From positions 1 through 64,000 of the forward strand of contig CAWDSQ010000020.1 in NCBI GenBank assembly GCA_963804955.1: a DNA stretch of 64,000 bases, read 5' to 3'. The notes below the pieces were generated by a model. It saw only the letters and a list, made by a program, of their open reading frames with translations. It was not told where the DNA came from and made no database searches. The translations under genes were made by a program, and so were the position numbers. Positions within the stretch are counted from its first letter, which is position 1. Each line of letters starts with the position of its first letter. This DNA comes from an uncultured delta proteobacterium. Lineage in GTDB: Bacteria > Desulfobacterota > WTBG01 > CAIYCZ01 > CAIRTM01. Shown here one piece after another: positions 31,111 to 43,400 of the stretch.

Positions 31111-32413
31111 TCAGTGCAGCAGCGTGGGCAGCCACAGGGCAAGCTGCGGAAAAAAAACCAGAAGCACCGTTTCGAAGATAATCGCGATCAGAAACGGCAC
31201 GCAGCCCTTGAAAATAACTTCAAGGGGCACATCGCGGGCAACCCCGCTCACGACATAGACATTGGCTCCGACGGGAGGCGTTATGACCCCCATCTGTGTT
31301 ACCAGGACGATAATCACCCCGAACCATACCGGATCAAAGCCCAGCCCGATAACGACCGGATAAAAAATCGGCACGGTCAGCATGATCAGCGCCAGCGCAT
31401 CAACAAAGCAGCCGCCGATCAGATACATTAAAATTATCAGCAGCATAACGACCGCTGCAGGCAGATTAAGGCCTGTTATCCAGCCGGCTATATCATAGGG
31501 AATACGGGATATAGCCAGAAAATGGCCGAACACGGTAGCTCCCGCCACAATGACCAGTAATCATGCAGGAAATGCGCGTTGTTTCATTGAGCGCCTGCAC
31601 AAAGCCCTTCCAGCTTATCGAGCGGCGCATAACCGCAAACAGGAGTGATCCTGCCGCGCCGATTGCGCCCCCTTCGGTCGGGGTGAAAATGCCGGCAAAC
31701 ATCCCGCCCATAACCCCCAGAAACAGCAGCAGGGTTTCAACCGTTCCGGCAAGAGAGACGATTCTTTCCCGCCAGGAGGCACGGGGGCCGGGAGGGCCGA
31801 TCTCGGGCCGCAGCGTTGCCCAGATGAGTATGGTCAGGGCAAAAAGAATAGAGAGCAGTATGCCCGGTACAACGCCTGCCATGAAAAGCCTGCCGATAGA
31901 CTGCTCGGTCATGATGCCGTACAGAATAAAAATAACACTGGGCGGAATCAGAATGCCCAGGCTGCCGCCGGAGGCGACAACGCCCGTAGCAAGCTCGGGC
32001 TTATAATTGTAGCGCTTCATTTCGGGAAGCGCGGTTGCGCCCATGGTTGCGGCGGTTGCATTGGTCGAGCCGCAGATGGCGGCAAACAGCGAGCAGGCGC
32101 CGACCGTAGCTATGGCAAGTCCGCCGGGAAGATGGCCGATGAATTTATAGGCGGCATCATACAGGCGGCTGCTGAGCCCGGAATGAAAGGCAAGCTGGCC
32201 CATCAGCACAAAAAGGGGAACAACCGTGAGACTGTAGGAGTTGAACGTCGAAAAAATATCTTTGGCAAGAAGGTTCAGAGCCGCATCCCAGTTCACAATG
32301 GACGCGAAGCCGGTTACCCCGATTATGGCCATCACAAAGCCGATGGGCAAGCGGGAGAAGATAAAAACGGAAAGGGCTATAATACCGATAAGTCCGATGA
32401 TGGTTGGCGACAT
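31111..32413 (-). CDS. dctM: TRAP transporter large permease DctM (frameshift near 31555)
   Basis: VPLFVLMG, GSLGILIPPS, FTPTEGG, ITPPVG. Confidence 0.92.
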
Positions 32414-32440
32414 ACTGTTCCTTACGTGTATACCAGGGTA

Positions 32441-32936
32441 TCAGGAATTCTTCAGGTCGCGGAAGCAGCGCAGTCCGTGCAGAAATTCCACCATCAGCAC
32501 AAGGGTTAAAATGTCCACAGCCGGCGGCAATGCCGAAGACAAAGGGATAAATGGGAATCTGAATGGTCGGCGATACCTGCCCTTTTTTCAGTAAATCCAT
32601 ACCATAGAGCAGCGACTGCCAGGTGATGATGCCAAACAGAACGGTTGCAAGTATCGCATTTGCAGAGCCGATCAGAGCCTGGGCTTTCGGCGAAAAGCGC
32701 ATGACCAGAAAGTCGACCGCTATATGGCCTTTTTCAACCGAAGTGTAACCCAGGGAAAATGAAGTCACCACCGCCCCCAGCAGGCCTATTATTTCATAGG
32801 TCCCGGGAACAGAGCTTTTGAACAGGCGCAGGATAACATCAAGGGTCGTGAGCAGCATCATGATAATAAGGGCTGCAGCCGCTATCCAGTTTGCCTTTAC
32901 TGCCGTGGCCGTAATGGTTTTTTCAATGCGATACAT
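32441..32936 (-). CDS. dctQ: TRAP transporter small permease DctQ (frameshift near 32515)
   Basis: DVILRLF..SVPGTYEI, GHIAVDF; the C-terminus ILTLVLMVEFLHGLRCFRDLKNS* is in another frame. Confidence 0.85.
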
Positions 32937-33012
32937 GATGAAACCAGTATTCCCGTATAATACGCAGGGCTGCAGGCACAAGCGCCGCAGCCCGGACAGT
33001 ATGAATAGCGGA

Positions 33013-34044
33013 TTATTTCTTGCCGTTTTCCTTCAAGAGCCGCTGAATTTCGGCGATTGCCTTGTCGCCGGGAAGGCCTTTTTCATTGGCGTTTTTCTTG
33101 AAGCTGTCGATAACGGGTGCAACAGCCGTGACCCAGCGCTGGTTTTCTGCTCCCGGAAGGGCAGTGATTTCATTTTTCAAGCTGAGAGCAAATTCTTTGC
33201 CTTCTTTGTCAAGACGGTCCCAGGCCTCACCGTGCTTTGCTATCCATTCTGCGCTGGTGTCGTCAAAAATCTTTTTTATATCATCGGGCAGCGCATTCCA
33301 TTTTTTAAGATTCATTACAACAAACATTGCCGTCGTGTAGCCGATATCAGGGCAGTCGACCGTGTACTTGACAACTTCCGCCTGCTTCCAGCCTTTCAGG
33401 GTTTCAATCGGGGTGAATGTGCCGTCAACAACGCCCTTCTGCAAGGGCTTCATAGGTTTCACCCTGGGGCATGGCAACGGGCGAGCACCCAGTGCTTCGA
33501 CCACTTTTGCGCTGAAGCCGGTTGAGCGGATTTTCATGCCTTTCAGGTCTTCCATTTTTTTAACGGGCTTTTTGGTGTGCAGCAGGCCAGGCCCATGGGC
33601 ATGCAGGTACAGTACCTTAACCTCGTCCAGAGCCTGGGGCTTCATTGCTTTATAATAGCCATTGGCGACAAGGGTCGCGACTTTGCCTGAAGGGTAGCCC
33701 ATCGGCAGATCAAGCGCTTCCATGATCGGGAAGCGACCGCGGGTATAGGCAAAGCATGACATGCCGATATCGGATATCCCGTTTACCACGCCGTCATACA
33801 CCTCGGGAGCTGCGGTCAGGGTGCCGCCGGCAAATACGTCGATTTTGATTCGGCCGGCGGAGCGCTTTTCAATCTCTTTTGCCCAGGCGATGCCAGCCTC
33901 TGCCTGGCCGTGTGCCGGCGGAAAGAAAATGCTGTACGTGAGCTTGACCGGCGCTGCATCAGAGGCAGCAAGCACGTCCGTGTGATACAGACAAACAGAA
34001 ATGACAGTCAGAAAGAGACCCGAAAGCAAAGCGAATTTTTTCAT
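33013..34044 (-). CDS. dctP: TRAP transporter substrate-binding protein DctP
   Basis: Signal peptide, EIEKRSAGRI, DLKGMKIR, WNALPDDIK. Confidence 0.92.
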   Translation of the reverse strand: MKKFALLSGLFLTVISVCLYHTDVLAASDAAPVKLTYSIFFPPAHGQAEAGIAWAKEIEKRSAGRIKIDVFAGGTLTAAPEVYDGVVNGISDIGMSCFAYTRGRFPIMEALDLPMGYPSGKVATLVANGYYKAMKPQALDEVKVLYLHAHGPGLLHTKKPVKKMEDLKGMKIRSTGFSAKVVEALGARPLPCPRVKPMKPLQKGVVDGTFTPIETLKGWKQAEVVKYTVDCPDIGYTTAMFVVMNLKKWNALPDDIKKIFDDTSAEWIAKHGEAWDRLDKEGKEFALSLKNEITALPGAENQRWVTAVAPVIDSFKKNANEKGLPGDKAIAEIQRLLKENGKK

Positions 34045-34260
34045 GTGTTCCTCCCTATAAAAGTATTATGTGAGGGTGCGCCCACGTGATGCGTGAGCAC
34101 AGGTAAAGCCCGCAAGAACGGCCTAAAAATTCTGGACATTTTATGGTATTTTACAGCAAGTTGCAAGCACATATGATGTTTTTAGTAAAATCAGGCGTTT
34201 CTCCAGAGGATATGCTGATGAGGCGCTCGAGCGGGCTGCGCATGTAGCGGCAGGCAGATT

Positions 34261-35078
34261 TCAGACGTTCTCAATGCAGCGGTTCAGGCTTCCCGTGGAG
34301 TAGCCTTCCAGGTCAACGGCAATATACTGCCAGCCGAGCCTGCGAAAGGCTTTTGATATGCGGTTTTTGAGTTCAGGGTCAAGCAGGCGTTTAATTTCTC
34401 CGGATGGGACTTCAATGCGGGCAATATTTCCGTGATGACGGACGCGCACCTGCGTAAATCCTGCTTTATGCAGCAGCTGTTCCGCCGATGCAATGCGTTT
34501 CAGCAGCGGCTCATCTATCCGCGTGCCGTAAGGAATGCGCGAGGCAAGACATGCTGCGGCAGGTTTGTCCCATGTCGGCAGCCCTGATCGGCGGGAAAGC
34601 ATGCGGATCTCTTTTTTTGTGAGGCCGGCTTCAAGCAGCGGGCTTCTGATGCCGAGCTCAGTCACCGCCTGCATGCCGGGGCGGTAGTCGCCCAGATCAT
34701 CTGCATTGCTGCCTTCAATGACAAAACTGCAGCCCTTCACGGCGGGCGATTTTTTTCAGCTCCAGAAATCTGTCGCGTTTGCACCAGTAACAGCGGCGTT
34801 TTTCGTTTTTGAGAAAGCGCGGGTTCTGCATTTCACCGCCTTCATGATCATGAGGCGCGCGCCGATCAGAGCGGCCAGCGCTTTCATCTGCTTTTGCTCT
34901 TCGCGTGTCATGACCTCCGACACTGCGCAGACAGCAAGCACATTTTTTTTACCCAGGATATCCACAGCAGTTTTCAGCAGCAGCGTGCTGTCGACGCCGC
35001 CCGAGAATGCCACAAGAACACTGTTCATTCCTTAAGTATTGCCCCTGAGTTGTCAATTCTTTCTGTTTAGTCGTTCAT
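34261..35078 (-). CDS. larE: LarE-like ATP-dependent sulfur transferase (several frameshifts; start approximate)
   Basis: AFSGGVDS PP-loop, RCYWCK, EGSNADDLGDYRPG, KPAAACLASRIPYG, QVRVRHHG. Confidence 0.85.
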
Positions 35079-36138
35079 GCAAAACCTCGTTTATTATGCC
35101 GCCGCCAATGACACTATCCTCATCATAGAGTACAACGGACTGACCCGGTGTAATGGCATCCTGTAATTCGTCAAAAAGAACATTCAGGATATCGCCGGAA
35201 ACAGAGAAACTGCATGCTGCCGGCTTATGGGCATAGCGTATTTTTGCAAGGGCGCGATCCGGAAGCGATGTGTAATGCATGATGATGCTGTTTGCACGAA
35301 GACGACGCGAGCTGACATGCTTTTTATTTCCGGCAATGATGCGATTCTTTTCCGCATCAATTGCAATGACATACAGGGGCTCGGGCGCCGCTATGCCAAG
35401 CCCGCCGCGCTGACCGATGGTGTAGAAGGGTATGCCTTTATGAACACCGATTTTTTTTCCGCTCAAGTCGACAATATCGCCGGGCTGAATGTCCAGTGCA
35501 TGCTGCATAAGAAACTCCCGGTACTTGCCGTCCGGAATAAAACAGATGTCCTGGCTGTCTGCCTTTTCAGCAACCGGCAGTGCTGCATCGCGGGCAATCC
35601 TGCGGGTTTCGTCTTTTGTAGAATCTCCAAGGGGGAAGACAATCCGGTCAAGCACATTGTTGTTGACGGCATAGAGAAAATACGACTGGTCTTTGCGCGG
35701 ATCTTTGGCCTTTCTCAGAACAGTACGACCGTTATGGTACGACGGTGGCGGCATAATGGCCGGTTGCAAACATGTCGAAGCCAAGTTCGCCGGCTTTATC
35801 AAAAAGCAGGCCGAATTTGACATATCTGTTGCACTGCACGCAGGGGTTGGGCGTTCGGCCCCTGCGGTACTCGGCCACAAAGCATCGATTACATGTTTTT
35901 GCAGGTGGAGCGGAGAAATCAAAAACAAAATGCTTGATGCCCAGGTGCTCGGCAGACACGCCGTGCGTCATCAACGGCGCGGTTCGCACTGCATGATGCG
36001 CCAGTGATTCTGCCGTATGACATCCTGGAGGCACATGGTGACACCAGCCACGTCATGAGCCGGCAGTTTTTAAGCTTCAGTGCGGCAACCGATGAATCAA
36101 CACCGCCGCTCATGGCTACAAGAATTTTTTTATTGCAT
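35053..36138 (-). CDS. mnmA: tRNA 2-thiouridylase MnmA (several frameshifts)
   Basis: AMSGGVDSSVAA, TPNPCVQCN, ATGHYA, KDQSYFL, DSQDICF, YTIGQRGGLG, TPGQSVV. Confidence 0.92.
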
Positions 36139-36373
36139 AAAACAGCTATCCAAAAACAGTTTGCGCGCAGAATGCCCATACTGAGCATTAAAGCACAGTT
36201 ATCCGGGTAGAGAAATAAGAAAAATGTCCGCACTGTGTTGAGCCGTAACCTTCGCACCAGCATTTTGCCCATGATCAGCGCAAGCACGTTGTGCGCTGCG
36301 TATCCAACATCCTGAACCCAGGCGCTGGATCCAACCATGGTAGTCAGTCAATGAATACTTTCAGGTGATTTCA

Positions 36374-37183
36374 CTAGTTGATGAATTTTTCTCTGATTGA
36401 AACAGCGCCGGTAGGGCATTTCAGACAGCGGTAGCAGCGTATACAGCTTGTTGATTGGCAGGCATTGTTTTCATATGCCTTAATCTCAACAGGGCAATCC
36501 CGCAGGCAGGCATCGCAGTGTATGCATTTTTCATGGTCAACCTGCGGCCGAAGTATGCTAACTTTATTAAATAGGCCATAGATGGCTCCAAGCGGGCAGA
36601 CCGTACGGCAGAAGGGGCGTTTGCAGAGAACAAAAAGAATGATAAAGGCTGCAAGAATGCCAAGTTTAACATTAAACAGCATGCCGGTCATTTCCCTGAG
36701 GTCGGAATTAAGCGATGTGAGCGGAATGCCTGCCTCAAGCGTGCCTGCAGGGCAGAACTTGCAGAACCACGGCTCGCCTGTTATCCAGGCAACACCGAAG
36801 ACCACAACCACAAGAATCGCGTAGCGCAGCCATGTGAGTATCTGCGGGATATGCAGTTTGGGAGAAGGTATTTTATTCAGCAGGTCCTGCAGGAGCCCGA
36901 AGGGGCATGCCCAGCCGCAGACAATGCGCCCCGCGGCTGTGCCGATCATGCCGAGAAAACCGAGCACATAAAAGGGTATGTGGTAGGTGCCGTATGCCGT
37001 AAGCATTTGCAGTGCGCCCACAGGGCATGTGAACAGGGCCGACGGGCAGGAATGGCAGTTGAGGCCCGGGCATGGAGCAAGCTTGAAACTGCCCTGGTAG
37101 ATGCTGCGCAGGTAGAAGCCGTAGAAATAGCAGTTGTACAGCACCACACTTGCAAACTGAGATATGCGCTGCCAGGCTTTCAT
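36374..37183 (-). CDS. Membrane 4Fe-4S binding protein (NapH/MauN-like)
   Basis: CPGLNCHSCP, CGWACPFG, FCKFCPAG, FCRTVCPLG, CIHCDAC...CP, CIRCYRC. Confidence 0.9.
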   Translation of the reverse strand: MKAWQRISQFASVVLYNCYFYGFYLRSIYQGSFKLAPCPGLNCHSCPSALFTCPVGALQMLTAYGTYHIPFYVLGFLGMIGTAAGRIVCGWACPFGLLQDLLNKIPSPKLHIPQILTWLRYAILVVVVFGVAWITGEPWFCKFCPAGTLEAGIPLTSLNSDLREMTGMLFNVKLGILAAFIILFVLCKRPFCRTVCPLGAIYGLFNKVSILRPQVDHEKCIHCDACLRDCPVEIKAYENNACQSTSCIRCYRCLKCPTGAVSIREKFIN

Positions 37184-37185
37184 GC

Positions 37186-37320
37186 TTATCCTATCCCTAT
37201 GCAGCTCAGGCATACCACGATGGAATAGCTCATGATCATGTTGTGCTGCCCCATGATGATGCCGATGATAAATAAAGCTGCCGACAGTGCTGCAATAATG
37301 GCTGGCAGATGCTTTTTCAT
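37186..37320 (-). CDS. 44-aa membrane micro-protein with C-terminal CxxCIGIG (CD1871A-like); absent from ORF track
   Basis: MKKHLPAIIAALSAALFIIGIIMGQHNMIMSYSIVVCLSCIGIG*; the stop is 2 nt before the ATG of the 4Fe-4S gene. Confidence 0.85.
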   Translation of the reverse strand: MKKHLPAIIAALSAALFIIGIIMGQHNMIMSYSIVVCLSCIGIG

Positions 37321-37433
37321 AAAATGCACGGGCTTTTCCCTGTTTTGTGTTGCCTGCGTCAGCAGGATTTGTTATGTGATACAGTGAGCTGTTTTATATA
37401 AACCTATTTTTTTACTCCATTCAAGGAACAATA

Positions 37434-38950
37434 ATGATTATTTTAAAGCGCTTCCATGCCGTGGTTTTTATGTGCCTTGCGCTGCTGGCTGCCCGGCCAT
37501 GCTGCGTTTGCTCTCGGTATTGGCGACAAGGTTCAGCACGTTTGAGCTTGCAAATGGATTGAAGGTCCTCCTGCTGGAGCGTCATACCTCGCCGACAATT
37601 TCTTTTGCCATGGGTTTTAAAACCGGTGCGGTTGATGAAAAAAGCGGCACCACAGGGGTGGCGCATTTGCTTGAGCATATGCTGTTTAAGGGCACAAGAA
37701 CGATCGGCACGCGAGATTTCAAAGCCGAGCAGAAGCTGCTTGCCCGTATCGATGAGGTTGCAATTCAGCTCGATGCCGAGCGGCGCAAGGGCAGTGCCGG
37801 GGACGCCGACAGGATTGCACGTCTTGCAGATGATTTAAAAATAGCTGCAGGATCAGGAAAATGCCCTTATTATAGAAAATGAATTTGATACAATCTATAC
37901 ACGCAACGGCGCCGAAGGCATGAATGCCGGCACGGGTTATGACATAACCACCTATACGGTTAGCCTGCCGTCAAACCGGCTTGAACTCTGGATGCGTCTT
38001 GAGTCGGAGCGGTTTCGAGCATCCGGTGTTTCGCCAGTACTATGCCGAGCGCGATGTCGTTATCGAGGAGATGAGGCAGAGCTACGAAACCAAACCGGAT
38101 CGCCTGCTTTCAACACAGCTTTTATCGGCAGCGTTTCAAGCCCATCCCTATGGGCGGCCCATTATCGGCTGGAAGTCAGACATTCAGTTTCTGCCGCGGT
38201 CCGTATGCGAGGAGTTTTTCAAAAATCGCTACTCCCTGGCAAATGCTGTTGTGGCAGTTGTGGGAGACATTGATATTGAACAGACCAAAAAGCTTTTTGA
38301 GCAGTATTTTGCCCATATTCCTAGCCCGGCGCGGTAGATGAGCCGTTTGTCTCGCAGGAGCCCGAGCAGATGGGCGAGCGCCGCATCGAGGTTCGTTTTG
38401 ATGCCGAGCCCCAGGTGCTTATAGGCTTTCACAAGCCTACGTTTCCCGTACGAGATGATTATGTTTTTGACCTGATCGATGCTCTGCTTTCAAACGGCAG
38501 AACATCGCGGCTGTATACAATCTCTGGTGCTACATAAGAAAATAGCAGCATCGGTTGATACTTCCAATGGTTTTCCCGGGCGCTCGTTTCCCCAACCTTT
38601 TTATCATTCAGGGCGGTTCCGCTCAAAGGCGTGGCATGCCCAGAGCTTGAAAAAGCCATATATGCCGAGATCGACAGGCTTGCTGCGCGACCCCGATACC
38701 GCCGGAAGAACTCGCAAAGGTCAAAAAACAGTTTCTCGCAGATTTTTTCGCAATCTTGAACTCCAATCAGGAATTCAGCCACACTCTGTCCTACTACCAG
38801 ATCGTGTGCAATGACTGGCGCTATGTTGAAAAAAGCCTTGCGGTTATTGAGGGCATTTCTTCAGATGAAATTCAAACTGCGGCAAAAAAATATCTTGTTC
38901 CGCGCAACAGGACCGTTGCGACACTTGTGAAAGACACAAACAATGAATAG
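37434..38950 (+). CDS. M16 family zinc peptidase, catalytic subunit (multiple frameshifts)
   Basis: GVAHLLEHMLFKGT (HxxEH), NAGTGYDIT.Y, ERDVVIEE, HPYGRPIIG. Confidence 0.85.
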
Positions 38951-40382
38951 ATCACCATTCTGCTGTATTGCTGCTGCTTGTTATGCTCTGCGCATGCTCG
39001 CTGACTGCCTCTAAAGATCATCTCCTGCAGTCTGACGGCTTTCAGCCGATTGTTTTTAAAGCGCCGGCTCCCGAGCGCATTGAACTTCAAAACGGCATGA
39101 TTGTCTATCTGCTTGAAGACCATGAACTGCCGCTTATAAACATTACCGCCTCATTGCGGACCGGCTCGATATATGAACCGGCTGAACTGGCCGGACTTGC
39201 CGCCCTTACCGGTGCAGCGATGCGAACAGGCGGTACGCTGCATATGACTGCCGATGAGGTGGACCGCCGGCTTGAGGCAATGAGCGCACAGCTGGGTGTC
39301 GGCATCGGATCTGGAGCAGGGCTCGGCTTCTCTGTCTGTGCTCAAGGAGGATTTTGAAAAAGCATTTTCCATTTTTTCCGGGATTCTCATGCAGCCGGTG
39401 TTTGAAAAAGATAAGTTTGAAATATGCCCGCACTACCATGTGCCAGGGGCTCAGGCAGCTGCCCGATAACCCCCAGAGTCTGGCTTTCAGGGAGTTTAAA
39501 AAACTCATGTATGCAGGCAATCCCCGCGGCATACTGCCGACGATCTGCTTCTGTGCAAAGCATAAAAAGAGAGGATATTGTTGCCTTTCACCGGAAATTT
39601 TTTCACCCGGAAAATATCATGCTTGCAATTTCCGGCGATTTCAGCCGCGACAGTATGCTTGCTCATATAAGAAAGGAGTTTGGCTCCTGCCCGCGATCCT
39701 CGGATTCAGTGCCCGGCATTCCCTCCCCGCATGCCGCTTAAGGCAATGCAGCTTTATCATCTGCAAAAGCAGCTTTCGCAGTCGACCATTGTGATGGGGC
39801 ACTTTGCACCGCCCAAAAACCATCCGGACTATTTCGCCTTTCAGGTGCTTGATTTTATCATCGGCAGCGGCGGTTTCACGTCCCGTCTTTTTTCTCAGGT
39901 GCGCACCGCGCAGGGCCTTGCCTACAGCGTAGGCAGCTTTTACCGCGGGGACAGAGGTTACGGCGTCTTTGGCGCCTACTGCATGACAAAAGCAGACTCG
40001 ACCCATCGTGCAGCTTCGCTTATGATGCAGATTCTCGACACTATCAAAAAAGGGCGAACTGACTGAAGAAGAACTTCAATGGGCAAAGGAATCGATTCTC
40101 AATAACTTTATTTTTTCCTTTACCTCAAGCGCCCAGATTGCAGCTCAGCAGATGCAGCTCGAATATGACGGCCTGCCTCCTGACTTTATCAGCACAGCCC
40201 CGGAGAAAATCCGTTCTGTGTCCATGCATGATCTGAAGCGTGTGGCCGATACATGGCTCAATCCGGATAGAATGCTTATCCTGTTTCTCGGCGATGCCGC
40301 GCATATCGACGTACAGCCTGGCGCATGGGAGTGGGGGAGCGCTGTCACCATACAATCGGATATTATACATGAAAAGCAGTAG
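38943..40382 (+). CDS. M16 family peptidase-like partner subunit (multiple frameshifts)
   Basis: LLEDHELP, GLAALTG..MRTGGT, GGFTSRLFSQVRTAQGLAYSV; no HxxEH. Confidence 0.82.
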
Positions 40383-42098
40383 TGTTTTTTTGAAAACCTT
40401 ATGTGCTGTCGTACTATGCAGCGCACTTGCCGCCTGTTCAGTTTCGTTGCTGCTTCCCTCGAACGGGGCAAAAAGGTCCGCCGTACCGGATAACAAAACG
40501 ATGTTCCCTCCACAGGTTTATTATCATTTTCTTGCTGCCCAGTCCTGCATGGGCCAGCAGAACTGGGACTGTGCCAGAAAGGAATTTGAGTCAGCACTTG
40601 AATATGACAACAATTCCTCCTATCTGCATCTCCAGACTGGCTCAGATGTATGCATTGAGCGGTGATTTTGAAAAAGCCGCTGTCTGGGCTGAAAAGGCGG
40701 CTGTGATTGATCCGGCAGACATAGATGCGTATTATATGCTCATACGCATTTATGTAGCGCAAAACCGTGCTGAAGATGCAATCCAGCCAATACGAAAACA
40801 ATTTTCTCTCTTGATCCGGCCGATGAGGAAGCATATTTTACCCTTGCCATGCTCCTGCAGCAGCAGAAACGCCATGACGATGCTATTGCAACGATAAAAA
40901 AGCTGCTCAAGGTAAATGAACGCTCTTCCTCGGCCTGGTTTTTTCTTGGCAATATTTACATGGATATCGGCAAAATCGGTAAAGCCCGCACATGCTATCT
41001 CCGGGCACTGGATATAGATCCGGCATTTGAACCCGCGCTTATAAATCTGGCTTTGCAGTATGAAGCTGACGGGAATGTTGTACAGGCGATAGAAACGCTG
41101 CAGAAGGTAGTTGAGCTCAACTCTGAGAATTACCAGGCACGGGATAAGCTTGCTTTTCTTTATTTAAAGCAGGACCGGCTTCAGGAAGCCCTTGAAAACT
41201 ATCTGTATATTCGTGATGCCAATCCGGAGTTTGCAGCAGAGCTTGAAACAAAAATCGGCCTTATTTATTATGACCTTGAACAGTGGAACAATGCAGAGCA
41301 GTCCTTTGCCGCTGCAGTTGAAAAAAATCCGGGCAACGACAGGCTGCAGTATTATCACGGCATAGCCCTGGAGCGTCTCAAACGCAATCATGAGGCGCGG
41401 CTGGCATTTTCTGCCGTTGCTCCTGATTCAAAATTTTATGCGCAGGCACGGCTGCATATGGGGTTTATACTGGATGAAGAAGGTGAAAGAGAGCGTGCGC
41501 GCCAGGTTGTTCGTGAAGCAATTGCCACGCAGGGAAGATGATGCCGACCTCTATCATTTTCTTGCTTCGCTCTATGAAAAAGACTTGAAGATAGACGAAG
41601 GCATCGCTGCCCTTAAGGAAGGTCTTGCCGTTGAGCCCGGCAATGAGAATCTGCTTTTTTATCTTGGTGTTCTGTATGATAAGGCAAAACGCTTCGATGA
41701 AAGCATACGCGTCATGCAGGAGGTTCTGCAGAATAACAAGAATAATGCAGAAGCCCTACAACTTTATCGGCTATTCATGGGCTGACAGAGGGATACATCT
41801 GGATGAGTCTGAAAAGCTGATTAAAAAAGCCCTCAAGCTGAAGCCTGAGGACGGCTATATCATAGACAGCCTTGGCTGGGTTTATTTTAAGCAGGGCCGA
41901 ATCGATGAAGCAATAGCTGCGCTTGAAAAAGCGGTGCTTTTAGCGCCCAAGGATGCAATCATTGCAGAGCATCTTGGTTTTGCCTACCTGTCTAACAATC
42001 AATTTGAACGGGCCCGGCATATGTTTAAACAGGCTCTTGAACTTGATCCGGCAAAAGAATATTTGAAGGCTAAAATAAATGAAATTTCAAATAAATAG
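40369..42098 (+). CDS. TPR-repeat lipoprotein (multiple frameshifts)
   Basis: Lipobox LAAC, many TPR helices, C-terminal YIIDSLGWVYFKQG...EHLG. Confidence 0.82.
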
Positions 42099-42885
42099 AT
42101 CCATATACCTGTTTATTTTATTAGGTTTTTTTGCAGCGGCTGCGCAGTGCTGCCAGCGCGCCAAAAGCCCCTTCCCGTTCTTAAAGATCCTGCCGGCTAT
42201 TTTCAGGAAAGCTATCAAAAAGTCGCATGCTGTAAACGACGTATCGGGATATGCAAAGCTCAAAATTTCCACGGACGGGAAAACTTCGACATCACGCAAT
42301 GTTTTTTTCGTCAGAAGGCCCGACATGATCCGAATCGAAACCCTGGGTTTTTTGAGCAGGCCGGCCCTGTTTTTTACCGCTGACAGCAAGTCTATGTCCA
42401 TCTACGCCATTGAAAGCAATGCTTTCTATAGCGGAAAAACCACTGTTGAAAATTTACAGCGTATAATTGGCATGCGGCTCGAACTCCGGGAAGTCATTCT
42501 GTCATTTTTGGGAGAACCGCCTCTTGTCGACTGCACTCGTAAGAAGATTACCTGCAGTCAGGATAAAAATCAGTACTATTTTATTATTGCATGTGAAGGA
42601 GCAAAACAGCTCATATGGATTGACCCTGCAACAGGCAGTATTACCGGGTATAAACTTTATGAGAATAAATCACCCGTATACGAATACGCATTCTCCGATT
42701 TTCAGAATTTTAACGGCCGTCTTTTCCCTTTAAAAATTAATATTCATCACTACACTACTAATACAGATATCACTCTTGAATTTGAGTCGATAAGCTTTGA
42801 CCCGATTGCCATTGAACGCTTCAACATGAATCTCCCGCCGGGGGCGACCTCCATGAGCATTGAAGAGCTTGGCATGCCGCAGTAA
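42079..42885 (+). CDS. LolB-like/DUF4292-like outer-membrane lipoprotein
   Basis: Follows the TPR gene; RPDMIRIE..GFL motif and a beta-rich LolA/LolB-like pattern. Confidence 0.6.
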   Translation: MKFQINRSIYLFILLGFFAAAAQCCQRAKSPFPFLKILPAIFRKAIKKSHAVNDVSGYAKLKISTDGKTSTSRNVFFVRRPDMIRIETLGFLSRPALFFTADSKSMSIYAIESNAFYSGKTTVENLQRIIGMRLELREVILSFLGEPPLVDCTRKKITCSQDKNQYYFIIACEGAKQLIWIDPATGSITGYKLYENKSPVYEYAFSDFQNFNGRLFPLKINIHHYTTNTDITLEFESISFDPIAIERFNMNLPPGATSMSIEELGMPQ

Positions 42886-43028
42886 AGCAGATACAGACCG
42901 ATGGAGCCTGATTGTTTGCTGCAATCATTTAAAAAGTTTTTGTTATTTTTTCTTGATATTTTATTTTGGAAATAGTAGCTTTTCAGACATTCAATTTAAA
43001 AAAAATCAATTGATATTCGTGCACTGCC

Positions 43029-43400
43029 ATGTCAGCTAAACTGCTCGTAGTCGACGACGAGGAAAATATACGCTTTCTGTATGAACAGGAACTGCTTGAT
43101 GAAGGCTATCAGATAGTTCTTGCCCGCGATGGCAAGGAATGTCTGGAGATGGTCAAAGAGCATGCTCCTGACCTTATCATTCTGGATATACGCATGCCGC
43201 GCATGGACGGCCTTGAAGCAATCGGCAAGATTATTGAAATAAATAAAAATATTCCAATTATTATTAATTCGGCATATTCCACGTACAAGGATGATTTTAT
43301 GAGCTGGGCTGCTGATGCCTATGTGGTTAAGTCCTACGACCTGGATTCTCTCAAATCCACCATTCGGGAAGTCCTGGAAAAGAAAAAGCATAAAAAATGA
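43029..43400 (+). CDS. Single-domain response regulator
   Basis: LLVVDDE, LIILDIRMPRMDG, YVVKS. Confidence 0.93.
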   Translation: MSAKLLVVDDEENIRFLYEQELLDEGYQIVLARDGKECLEMVKEHAPDLIILDIRMPRMDGLEAIGKIIEINKNIPIIINSAYSTYKDDFMSWAADAYVVKSYDLDSLKSTIREVLEKKKHKK

